Below are positions 18,755 through 25,593 of a stretch of 64,000 bases of DNA, in pieces. Origin of the DNA: a virus; the IMG/VR virus record IMGVR_UViG_3300045391_005035; one strand, given 5' to 3'. The notes beneath the pieces are model-generated. The model was not told the origin of the DNA. It did not search any database and saw nothing but the letters and a program-made list of their open reading frames with translations. The stretch's first letter is position 1. Each line of letters begins with the position of its first letter. Both the position numbers and the translations under genes were made by a program.

Positions 18755-19074
18755 TGACCGGCAAGGGGATCGCGAAGTTGATCGAAGAGCTGGGCGAGGT
18801 GCAGCAGGTGCTCGGTGCGCTTGTTCAGACGCTTGGCAAGCGACTCGCCTACTACTCGACAGAGGAGCACCCGGACGGCGGACCGCCGCTCAAACAGCGG
18901 ATGGAGGATGAGATCGGCGACGTGCTCGCGGCGTGTACGTTCGTTGGTCTTCTGCATGGGCTCGACATGGAGCGCGTCGCTGCGCGTAGGGAGCGAAAAC
19001 TCGCGCTGTTCCGCGAGTGGCACGAGCGCACCGACAACAACGAGCACGGCATCGATGCGCCGCGGAGTGCATGA
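18751..19074 (+). CDS. MazG-like NTP pyrophosphohydrolase
   Basis: KLIEELGEV and EDEIGDVL acidic motifs. Confidence 0.7.
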   Translation: MMTGKGIAKLIEELGEVQQVLGALVQTLGKRLAYYSTEEHPDGGPPLKQRMEDEIGDVLAACTFVGLLHGLDMERVAARRERKLALFREWHERTDNNEHGIDAPRSA

Positions 19075-19346
19075 TGGACGCGAACGACGAGGCTCTGAAG
19101 GACGCGCGGGCACGCGGGCGGGCGGAGGGTGAATGGGCCGCCATGCGCCATGCCTGTCAGTACGGCACGCTGCGCTGTTACGTGTGCGGACATCCAGCGA
19201 CGTGCATCGGCGCGTACGAGACGCCGACACCGGTGCTGCCGGCGTGCGATGACTGTTGCGGTCACGGACGCGAAGATGGTGACTGCGAGAAGATCGAAGA
19301 GGCCGCGGCAGAAGCCGAGGGCGACGACGGGACGGGTGACTGGTGA
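19071..19346 (+). CDS. Cys-rich hypothetical
   Basis: CYVCGHPATCIG...CDDCC. Confidence 0.6.
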   Translation: MMDANDEALKDARARGRAEGEWAAMRHACQYGTLRCYVCGHPATCIGAYETPTPVLPACDDCCGHGREDGDCEKIEEAAAEAEGDDGTGDW

Positions 19347-19864
19347 CGGAACTTCCCGAACTGAAGTGTGTGATCTGCTGCCAGCCAGCAGCCGGTGTGT
19401 TCGCGTCAGCATTCGGACCCATCTCCCACGCCTACTGCGTCGACTGCGGCAGGGCTGACCGTGAGGAGTGGAACACGCTGATCGGCGGCTTGATGGGGCT
19501 GCGTCGAGCTGACGTCTCCGACTGGGCGAAGCCGTGCATCGCGGCGACATGCGCGTTCTACTGCAAGACCGAGGACGAGCTGTGGGCGGAGGTGGACGCT
19601 GCGACACGTGACTATGAAGCCGCGATGGATAGCAGCGAGCGCGACGACGCGTTTGCTCGGCACGGACCGGTGTTCAAGCGTCATGGCGTGGCGGTCATAG
19701 CGCTCGATGCGACGACGAAGGCCGAGGCGATCGAGGTGATGGCCAGCGCGCTCTATCAGCTCGAAGGCAGCGCTGGGCCAGAGGAAGAGTGCGTGGGGTG
19801 TGGTGGCAGCGGCGTGGGCTTCATGGCGGACGGCTCGTCTCGCCCGTGCCACTGCAAGGTCTGA
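19343..19864 (+). CDS. Cys-rich hypothetical
   Basis: CVIC, YCVDC, CVGCGGSG...CHC. Confidence 0.65.
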   Translation: MTELPELKCVICCQPAAGVFASAFGPISHAYCVDCGRADREEWNTLIGGLMGLRRADVSDWAKPCIAATCAFYCKTEDELWAEVDAATRDYEAAMDSSERDDAFARHGPVFKRHGVAVIALDATTKAEAIEVMASALYQLEGSAGPEEECVGCGGSGVGFMADGSSRPCHCKV

Positions 19865-19865
19865 C

Positions 19866-20120
19866 GTGGACGCCAACGAGGAATGCGAATACTGCGCGCA
19901 ACCGCCGGGGCGCCGGATGGTCGTGGAGCGCCCGATGGAATCGGAGGTGAAGGTGCTCGCGACCTTTCTCTGGGTTCGCGATCCCAAGCGTCTCGTGTTC
20001 TGCGACGACGACTGCCGCGTGAAGTGGTACGGGCTGCGTCGCAAGGCGATCTGGTTGCAACACTCGCGCACGCACAGCGACGACGTCGGATGCATGTGCG
20101 TCGAATGCATGGAGGGATGA
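19866..20120 (+). CDS. Cys-rich hypothetical
   Basis: CEYC, FCDDDC, CMCVEC. Confidence 0.55.
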   Translation: MDANEECEYCAQPPGRRMVVERPMESEVKVLATFLWVRDPKRLVFCDDDCRVKWYGLRRKAIWLQHSRTHSDDVGCMCVECMEG

Positions 20121-20123
20121 TCG

Positions 20124-20360
20124 ATGGCGCTCAGCGTGGAGACCTGGGCGCTCATCGAGCAGGAGTTCGCGCGAGCGATCTTCTGGTCGCACGCGTGGGG
20201 CAAGCTCAGGTCGTGGAGAGGGCCTCACCCGCTGGAGAAGATGCCGCCGCATGAGCGGCGTCGCGATGAACAACGGTACGCTCGCATCCAGAGCCACACC
20301 CGGCGGGCCGACTGTCGCTTCGCCACGTGCCCGAGGCAGACGATCCCGATACATCCCTGA
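20124..20360 (+). CDS. hypothetical protein
   Basis: in-operon ORF. Confidence 0.5.
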   Translation: MALSVETWALIEQEFARAIFWSHAWGKLRSWRGPHPLEKMPPHERRRDEQRYARIQSHTRRADCRFATCPRQTIPIHP

Positions 20361-20399
20361 CCCGTAGCGTTCCGCGCCGTGCGCCGGTACCCTTGCGGG

Positions 20400-20915
20400 A
20401 TGGACGATTCCGTTGGCAAGGACATCACCTGGTTTTTCGCGCAGTTTTGGAGCAGCCTGGTGGTGGCGCTCGTCATCTACGTCGGCGGCGTGACGGCCGC
20501 ACGGATCGTCAAGGCCATCTGGCCGCAGACGTCCGATCTCGTGGACGAGAAGACGAAGGTCACGGACCCGAAGCTGCCGTTCCTATTCCGGCTCTGGTAC
20601 ACGACACGGCTCTCGCACCCGTTCATCGTGGGCGTGCTGATCAGCTTCGTGCCCGAGCTGCCGCACCCGGAGTTCGTGTCGAGCCACACGAGCGGCGCGC
20701 TCTGGTTCGGCTTCTGCGGTCTCGCGAACGGTCAGATTCACATGCTCGTCGAAGCCATGACCGGGCAGTTCCGCAAGGCGGTCGATCTGTTCGTGCCGTG
20801 GCTGCGTCAGAAACTCGGCCTCCCAAGCGCGACGCTCGCACCAGCGGCACCGGCGACGGATCCGATGCCGTCGGCTGACGACACTTCGATCCCGAAGGAC
20901 GACGAGAAGCCGTGA
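20400..20915 (+). CDS. multi-TM membrane protein (holin-like candidate)
   Basis: 3 hydrophobic segments, charged tail; TACCCT-6 nt-ATG. Confidence 0.65.
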   Translation: MDDSVGKDITWFFAQFWSSLVVALVIYVGGVTAARIVKAIWPQTSDLVDEKTKVTDPKLPFLFRLWYTTRLSHPFIVGVLISFVPELPHPEFVSSHTSGALWFGFCGLANGQIHMLVEAMTGQFRKAVDLFVPWLRQKLGLPSATLAPAAPATDPMPSADDTSIPKDDEKP

Positions 20916-20977
20916 TCAATCTCCTGCGTATTTTGCTCGCTGCGCTCATCGTCTTCATCGTCGGAGCATGGCCGTGA
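20912..20977 (+). CDS. tiny hydrophobic peptide
   Basis: MINLLRILLAALIVFIVGAWP; GTGA overlaps at both ends. Confidence 0.35.
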   Translation: MINLLRILLAALIVFIVGAWP

Positions 20978-21906
20978 GCGCGAGGGGCGGACTTCCGTGG
21001 TCGTTCTGGATGGAGCAGAACCCGCGGCGGCGCATCGAACTGCTCTCGATGTACACGCCGTCGGTCGACTGGTCGGACGAGATCGCGTTCGACCCGGTCA
21101 TGCTGGTCGACGCCGACAGCTACAAGCCGAAGCTCCTCTTTCCAGACGTGAAGCCGGCCAAGCCGTTCACCGAAGATCCTGCGACGTACATCGAGTTCGA
21201 GACGCCTGACGGGCGGTTCTGGCGCTACCGCAACTCCAGACTCCCGATGGGGCAGCACCTGGAGACGGTTTCAGAGGAGCGCATCGAGATCAACGACGAC
21301 GGTTCGACCGAGGGCCGCGTCTGGTTCACCGGCGACGTCGTCTTCCCGGTGCTGACCGAACGAAAGGGACCGCACGCGAACTCTGAGCAGGTGTGGATGA
21401 GCATCACGCCGATGGAGATCTTCACGTGTCGCGATGGCGTGCGGCAAGCAGCTCGTCACGCATCGAAGGCACGTCACCCGGGCAAGAAGGCCATCAAAAA
21501 GGTCGTGATCGCAGGGCTCGGCCTCGGATGGATGCTGGAGAAGGTCGCGTCTCTGAAAGACGTCAAGGAGATCGTGGTTGTCGAGCAGAGCGAGGGTCTG
21601 CTCGACTGGTACGGCCGCGATATGTGCGAAAGCATCAAGAAGGTCAGCGACGTCATCCAGGGCGACTACTGGGAGCACGCTGCACGACTTGGCGATGAGT
21701 ACGTGCACCTGATCGACATCTGGCCGCACCTCGGCCAGGCGTATGACGACGAGCACCTCAAGGATTCGCCATTCGACGACTTCGAGATCCAATGGTGGGC
21801 ATGGGGCTACCAGTTCGGCGAAGACCGCGACTCCGACCAAGTGCTCGACGCGGACGAGGCGGCGGCACGGCAGCTCGATGGCTACGACGAGGACGAGGAC
21901 GAATGA
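20974..21906 (+). CDS. spermidine-synthase-like / class I SAM-binding protein
   Basis: VVIAGLGLG, IVVVE, VIQGD, LIDIW. Confidence 0.7.
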   Translation: MSARGGLPWSFWMEQNPRRRIELLSMYTPSVDWSDEIAFDPVMLVDADSYKPKLLFPDVKPAKPFTEDPATYIEFETPDGRFWRYRNSRLPMGQHLETVSEERIEINDDGSTEGRVWFTGDVVFPVLTERKGPHANSEQVWMSITPMEIFTCRDGVRQAARHASKARHPGKKAIKKVVIAGLGLGWMLEKVASLKDVKEIVVVEQSEGLLDWYGRDMCESIKKVSDVIQGDYWEHAARLGDEYVHLIDIWPHLGQAYDDEHLKDSPFDDFEIQWWAWGYQFGEDRDSDQVLDADEAAARQLDGYDEDEDE

Positions 21907-22268
21907 CGGTTTCCCGTACGCAGGCAATCATCCTCGGCGTGCTCGCGCTCGCGCTGCTCGTCATCGGCGTCGTGCTTGGGCGCGGCTGCTCGCAACCGTC
22001 GGAGCCGCAACCGTCGGTGGTGACGGGCATCGACGCAGGGCCCGGCGAGGAGGTCATCGCCGGCACGCTCGACGGCGCGGTACAGGCGGGGCAGGTCCAC
22101 ATCCAGCAGATCGAGCGGAAGTTCGACAGCGACATGCGCGCCTTCGACGATCAGCAGCGCGCCGAGTACGAGCGCTTGCGTGGGGGAGACGACATCGATG
22201 CGGCGGCGCAGTACCTCAGCGACTGGAACCGTCGTCGGCGCGCGTGGAAGGAAGATGGAGGCATCTGA
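21903..22268 (+). CDS. N-terminal TM protein with coiled region
   Basis: AIILGVLALALLVIGVVLG then RGC. Confidence 0.65.
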   Translation: MTVSRTQAIILGVLALALLVIGVVLGRGCSQPSEPQPSVVTGIDAGPGEEVIAGTLDGAVQAGQVHIQQIERKFDSDMRAFDDQQRAEYERLRGGDDIDAAAQYLSDWNRRRRAWKEDGGI

Positions 22269-22495
22269 TGCACGAGAAGCGTCGGAACGTCCACATCTCG
22301 AATCCTGCCGCCAGCGCGACCGACGACTGGTACGTCGTCGCGACGCTGCGCGCCGGTGATCAGTGGGACGACGCGGAGGCAGTTCGTGGCGTCTACGGTC
22401 CGTTCACCGAAGAGCGCGCAGTCGCCGGTGTGGAGAAGCTGAGGGGACTGCATCCAGATCGGTCGTTCGGTATGCAGCGCGGTGCGCCAAGGTAG
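22268..22495 (+). CDS. hypothetical protein
   Basis: TGATG coupling. Confidence 0.6.
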   Translation: MHEKRRNVHISNPAASATDDWYVVATLRAGDQWDDAEAVRGVYGPFTEERAVAGVEKLRGLHPDRSFGMQRGAPR

Positions 22496-22509
22496 AGAGG
22501 AGCGTGGTC

Positions 22510-22860
22510 ATGTTTCGACGCGTCGACGGCAAGCTCGTGAAGGTTCCCTCGCGGCGCAAGGTGCTCGTCTACAAGGAGGGGCACGAGCTGGCGGTGCTAC
22601 GACCGCTCACGAAGGAGGCGGCGCAGGCGTCAATCGACGAAGCGCGAGCGCTCGTCGGTCAGGATGACCCCGACGGATCGCGCTTCCGCGAGATCTTGGG
22701 CAACCGCGGCCAGATGATCTTCGTCGGCCTGCTGGCGAAGGAAGGTCGCGTTGTCGATCCACAGACGCTGGTCGACGTCGGCCCGGCGGAGCCCGGAGAC
22801 TCGTTTATTCGCGCCGACGATCTTTCGAAGTTCTCGAAGGTGGAGACGGCGAGCGCATGA
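22510..22860 (+). CDS. hypothetical protein
   Basis: AGGAG RBS. Confidence 0.6.
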   Translation: MFRRVDGKLVKVPSRRKVLVYKEGHELAVLRPLTKEAAQASIDEARALVGQDDPDGSRFREILGNRGQMIFVGLLAKEGRVVDPQTLVDVGPAEPGDSFIRADDLSKFSKVETASA

Positions 22861-23054
22861 TCTGCGTCACCGGCAAGGAGCTGCTCGCGGAACACGCCGC
22901 ATCGTGTAGCGCCTGCCGGACAGAGCTGCTGCGCATGGAGCGCGGACCCGCGTCGTTCGGCGGTGCCGCGGCTCGGGCGGAAGTCCCCGTCAACGAGAAG
23001 GGCTTTTACGCGCCGAATCCCACGCAGATTCCGCGTGGCACTTTTTCTTCTTGA
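22857..23054 (+). CDS. hypothetical protein
   Basis: coupled; CSAC. Confidence 0.55.
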   Translation: MICVTGKELLAEHAASCSACRTELLRMERGPASFGGAAARAEVPVNEKGFYAPNPTQIPRGTFSS

Positions 23055-23248
23055 CGGCTGATCCGCCCTCTGTCATTGGTGATGGACCGTGACATCAAGG
23101 TCTTCGCAGTCGAGTCTCTTCGGTCTCTGCCTTCGCGGCGGAGCCGTCGAGGTGCGTCTGGCGTGGACCCAGGATACGCACAACCCGAAGCCCTACATGA
23201 TTATCGGGGCGCCATCGTAGAAGGGACCAGGAGTCCAGTATCTCTACG
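23052..23248 (+). ncRNA. structured leader of the tRNA array (unclassified)
   Basis: helices TGACGGCT/AGCCGTCG, CCGCC/GGCGG, TGTCA/TGACA, GTGCGT/ACGCAC, CCCGA/TCGGG, TCGTAGA/TCTACGA. Confidence 0.5.
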
Positions 23249-23249
23249 A

Positions 23250-23280
23250 GGCCGCCCAGGGAAACCAGGGCGGCCTTCTT
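23250..23280 (+). terminator. terminator-like hairpin just before the first tRNA
   Basis: GGCCGCCC-AGGGAAACCA-GGGCGGCC then TTCTT (imperfect U tract). Confidence 0.5.
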
Positions 23281-23286
23281 CGTTTC

Positions 23287-23368
23287 GCCGGACCACGCAG
23301 CAAGGTGCTGCACCCGCCTGTAAAGCGGACGCCTTCGGGCATGGTGGGTTCGATTCCCACGGACGGCA
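23287..23368 (+). tRNA. tRNA-Tyr(GTA)
   Basis: CT-GTA-AA loop, long V arm, GTGGG-TTCGATT-CCCAC; two acceptor mismatches. Confidence 0.75.
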
Positions 23369-23407
23369 GTGGAAGAGGAGACGAAAACGAGCGCGTTCGC
23401 GCGATGC

Positions 23408-23480
23408 GGGAGCGTAGCTCAATCGGTAGAGCACCCGGCCTTTACCCGGGCGGTTACGGGATCGTCCCCCGTGGCTCCCA
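23408..23480 (+). tRNA. tRNA-Lys(TTT), degenerate
   Basis: cloverleaf; loop CC-TTT-AC (C33), T loop ATCGTCC. Confidence 0.7.
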
Positions 23481-23485
23481 CGAAA

Positions 23486-23905
23486 ATGTGCGGCGGCTGT
23501 CGGACAGAAAAGCACCTCGCAGAGTTCAACGTCAACCGGGCGAAGCCCGATGGACTTCAGTCGCAGTGCAAGGAGTGCAAGGCAAAGTATTTCGTCGACA
23601 ACCGGACGCGGCTGCTTCCAAAGATCAAGGCGGCCAACAAGGCGGCGCGACAGGTAATCTCAGCGTACGTGGTGCAATACAAGAGCGACCATCCGTGTGA
23701 AAAGTGTGGAGAGGCCGATCCGTGCGCTATCGATTTTCACCATCCGGATGGCTCTATCAAGGAGTTCTCGGTAGCAAGCGCTACTCGACTCAGTGTTACG
23801 TTGAAGATGGTGAAAGAGGAGATCTCCAAGTGCCGCGTTTTGTGCGCCAACTGTCACAGGAAGCTGCACGCCGGAAGATTCGCGTTGGAAGCTAGAAAGG
23901 GATAG
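23486..23905 (+). CDS. HNH endonuclease inserted in the tRNA array
   Basis: CGGC..CKEC, CEKCG, DFHH, LCANCHRKLH; 3' end overlaps tRNA-Lys(CTT). Confidence 0.88.
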   Translation: MCGGCRTEKHLAEFNVNRAKPDGLQSQCKECKAKYFVDNRTRLLPKIKAANKAARQVISAYVVQYKSDHPCEKCGEADPCAIDFHHPDGSIKEFSVASATRLSVTLKMVKEEISKCRVLCANCHRKLHAGRFALEARKG

Positions 23906-23955
23906 CACCCGATTCTTACTCGGGAGACTCGTGGGTTCGATCCCCACCCAACGCA
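23882..23955 (+). tRNA. tRNA-Lys(CTT)
   Basis: GCGTTGG/CCAACGC, loop TT-CTT-AC. Confidence 0.9.
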
Positions 23956-24026
23956 TCAGGGCTCGTCTAATGGCAGGACGGCAGTTTCTGGCACTGCCTA
24001 TCGAGGTTCGATTCCTTGGCCCTGAG
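23956..24026 (+). tRNA. tRNA-Gln(CTG)
   Basis: U1-A72, TT-CTG-GC, G73. Confidence 0.9.
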
Positions 24027-24029
24027 CTG

Positions 24030-24042
24030 GTTCTCTGAAAAC
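24030..24042 (+). promoter_or_regulatory. rrn boxA-like sequence
   Basis: GTTCTCTGAAAAC resembles rRNA-spacer boxA GTTCTTTGAAAAC. Confidence 0.45.
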
Positions 24043-24089
24043 CGAAGAGGATGATGAAGACGCGGGGCACCTCGTGGTGCCTCGCTCAT

Positions 24090-24172
24090 TCCAGGAAAGC
24101 CGATCGGTCAGGCACGCGGCTGTTAACCGCGCTGGCGCAAGCCTATGGTAGGTTCGACTCCTACTCCTGGAG
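24090..24172 (+). tRNA. tRNA-Asn(GTT) with long variable arm
   Basis: TCCAGGA/TCCTGGA, CT-GTT-AA, V arm GGC-GCAA-GCC, G73. Confidence 0.85.
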
Positions 24173-24176
24173 TAAT

Positions 24177-24244
24177 AGGTCGGGTGCTGGGCACAGATTG
24201 GTCTCCAAAACCGATTGTGCGGGGTTCGATTCCTCGACGGCCTG
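24177..24244 (+). tRNA. tRNA-Trp(CCA) with 3-nt D loop
   Basis: GTGC-TGG-GCAC D arm, CT-CCA-AA, G73. Confidence 0.8.
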
Positions 24245-24247
24245 TTC

Positions 24248-24320
24248 GCCCTCCAAGCTAACCAGGTGGAAGCGACGCGCTGAAAACGCGTAGGGCCCGG
24301 ATCGATACCGGGGAAGGGCA
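24248..24320 (+). tRNA. tRNA-Phe(GAA)
   Basis: CT-GAA-AA; T loop ATCGATA. Confidence 0.85.
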
Positions 24321-24379
24321 TCGTACGTCGCCGCCTCGCTAGCGGTGGCCTCTGCGAGCCGTTGGGGCAGCACCCTGGC

Positions 24380-24453
24380 GGTCGTGACCTAGGTACAGCT
24401 CGGGCCTCAGGAAGCTCGTGCGCGGCTGGAATGCCGTCGACCGTGGTCACACC
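24380..24453 (+). ncRNA. rod-like spacer RNA (unclassified)
   Basis: GGT[C]GTGACC/GGTCACACC, CAGC/GCTG, CGGGC/GCTCG. Confidence 0.4.
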
Positions 24454-24456
24454 AAT

Positions 24457-24527
24457 GCTTCGTGATGCGACGGGGTCGCAGGTCCGTTGTCTGCGGATTG
24501 AGAGGGGTTCGAGTCCCCTACGAAGCG
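24457..24527 (+). tRNA. tRNA-Asp(GTC)
   Basis: GCTTCGT/ACGAAGC, TT-GTC-TG, G73. Confidence 0.88.
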
Positions 24528-24529
24528 TT

Positions 24530-24601
24530 CGGGGTGTAGGCTAGTGGCAAGTCGCTCGGTCTGGAACCGAGAGTTCGGGAGTTCGATTCTCTCCACCCCG
24601 A
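24530..24601 (+). tRNA. tRNA-Pro(TGG)
   Basis: C1-G72, TC-TGG-AA (C33), A73. Confidence 0.85.
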
Positions 24602-24611
24602 TCTGATCGAT

Positions 24612-24682
24612 GGGCTCGTAGTGAAGCGGGATCACGCACCCCTCGCACGGGTGAGCCGCGGGTTCGATTCCCGCCGAGTCCA
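24612..24682 (+). tRNA. tRNA-Ala(CGC)
   Basis: G3:U70, CT-CGC-AC. Confidence 0.9.
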
Positions 24683-24763
24683 GAGAGCGGAGGTCGCGGG
24701 TTCGAGTCCCGTCGCGCGGCGAAAGCCGGGCGTAGCTCAGTCGGTAGAGCACCGCTCGCTAAT
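24683..24763 (+). ncRNA. circularly permuted tRNA-like RNA (3' half, GAAA, 5' half)
   Basis: GAGCGG AGGTC GCGGG-TTCGAGT-CCCGT CGCGCGGC GAAA GCCGGGCG TA GCTC-AGTCGGTA-GAGC A CCGCTC. Confidence 0.85.
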
Positions 24764-24835
24764 GCGGCATAGGCCCTGAGGTAGGGCGCGTGGTTGCCAT
24801 CCACGATCCAGCAGGTTCGACTCCTGTATGCCGCT
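24764..24835 (+). tRNA. tRNA-Gly(GCC)
   Basis: GCGGCAT/ATGCCGC, TT-GCC-AT, U73. Confidence 0.9.
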
Positions 24836-24840
24836 CTCAC

Positions 24841-24913
24841 GGTGGGCGAAGCCAAATGGTCAGGCGGTCGGTTGTGGTCCGGCTATTAGCGGGTTCGATT
24901 CCCGTCGCTTACC
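24841..24913 (+). tRNA. tRNA-His(GTG)
   Basis: G-1:C73, TT-GTG-GT. Confidence 0.9.
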
Positions 24914-24918
24914 CTCGT

Positions 24919-24991
24919 GTCCCCGCAGCTCGATCGGACGAGCGTTCGTTTCCTAAACGAAAGGCTGGCGGTTCGATCCCGCCCGGGGACG
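24919..24991 (+). tRNA. tRNA-Arg(CCT)
   Basis: GTCCCCG/CGGGGAC, TT-CCT-AA. Confidence 0.92.
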
Positions 24992-24995
24992 CTTC

Positions 24996-25069
24996 GGGAC
25001 AGACAGCTCTGGTTGAACGGCGGATCCTGATACGATCTGCGCGGAGAGGTTCGATTCCTCCCTGTCCCA
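24996..25069 (+). tRNA. tRNA-Ile(GAT)
   Basis: GGGACAG/CTGTCCC, CT-GAT-AC; weak D stem. Confidence 0.8.
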
Positions 25070-25072
25070 CTT

Positions 25073-25145
25073 CGTCGCGTAGCTCAGCTAGCAGAGCGCC
25101 GGTATGACATGCCGGAGGCCCCGAGTGCGATTCTCGGCGCGACGA
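25073..25145 (+). tRNA. tRNA-Val(GAC)
   Basis: AT-GAC-AT; T loop TGCGATT. Confidence 0.85.
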
Positions 25146-25149
25146 TCCC

Positions 25150-25222
25150 GGGCCTGTAGCTCATTCAGGAGAGCGCCTGTTTTGCACGCAGGAGGCGGTG
25201 GGGGCAGAGCCCACCAGGTCCA
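25150..25222 (+). tRNA. tRNA-Ala(TGC)
   Basis: G3:U70, TT-TGC-AC; T loop GGCAGAG. Confidence 0.85.
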
Positions 25223-25226
25223 TGAT

Positions 25227-25299
25227 GCCGCTGAAGCTCAAGGAGAAGAGCACCGACCTGGTACGTCGGTGGTTGCCGGTGCGATGCCGGTCAGCGGCT
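25227..25299 (+). tRNA. tRNA-Thr(GGT)
   Basis: CT-GGT-AC; T loop TGCGATG. Confidence 0.85.
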
Positions 25300-25303
25300 C
25301 TGT

Positions 25304-25375
25304 GCGGGTGAAGCCAACTGGTGAGGCGGCTGCCTTCCAAGCAGTTCCAGGTGGGTTCGATTCCCTCCACCCGCT
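25304..25375 (+). tRNA. tRNA-Gly(TCC)
   Basis: CT-TCC-AA, U73. Confidence 0.9.
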
Positions 25376-25439
25376 TCGGTCGAATGCTCAGCGTGAGTAC
25401 ATTCATCGTGTACGCCTCACGCGAACTCTCGTCGGCCGA
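25376..25439 (+). ncRNA. two-helix spacer RNA with GTCGAATG (Y RNA-like candidate)
   Basis: TCGGTCGA/TCGGCCGA, GCGTGAG/CTCACGC, TACA/TGTA. Confidence 0.45.
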
Positions 25440-25443
25440 GCTT

Positions 25444-25513
25444 GGAGCGGTCCTTCTGGGAAGGCCGGCGGCTGCAACCCGCCGAGAGGTCAGTTCGATC
25501 CTGACCCGCTCCT
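25444..25513 (+). tRNA. tRNA-Cys(GCA) with 3-nt D loop
   Basis: CTTC-TGG-GAAG, CT-GCA-AC, U73. Confidence 0.85.
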
Positions 25514-25517
25514 CTTC

Positions 25518-25588
25518 GCAGCCGAGCCCACCGGAGGGCAGCCGTCGTTCTAAGGCGGTGTGCGAGGGTTCGAGTCCTTCCGGCTGCG
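25518..25588 (+). tRNA. tRNA-Arg(TCT)
   Basis: GCAGCCG/CGGCTGC, GT-TCT-AA. Confidence 0.82.
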
Positions 25589-25593
25589 TTGAT

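Noticed and set aside
23408-23480. Reading the loop as a TTA (ochre suppressor) or TAC (Val) anticodon
   Set aside because: The canonical register from the D arm and a perfect CCCGG/CCGGG stem gives TTT; shifted registers break the stem.
24321-24379. Additional tRNA (anticodon-like arm GCCGC-CTCGCTA-GCGGT)
   Set aside because: No convincing D arm, T arm or acceptor stem; at most a remnant.
24757-24763. CTA in the permuted element's 3' trailer as an amber-suppressor anticodon
   Set aside because: It would need G33 and removal of the 5' GAG, the junction length does not give a 7-nt loop, and no TAG recoding is evident.
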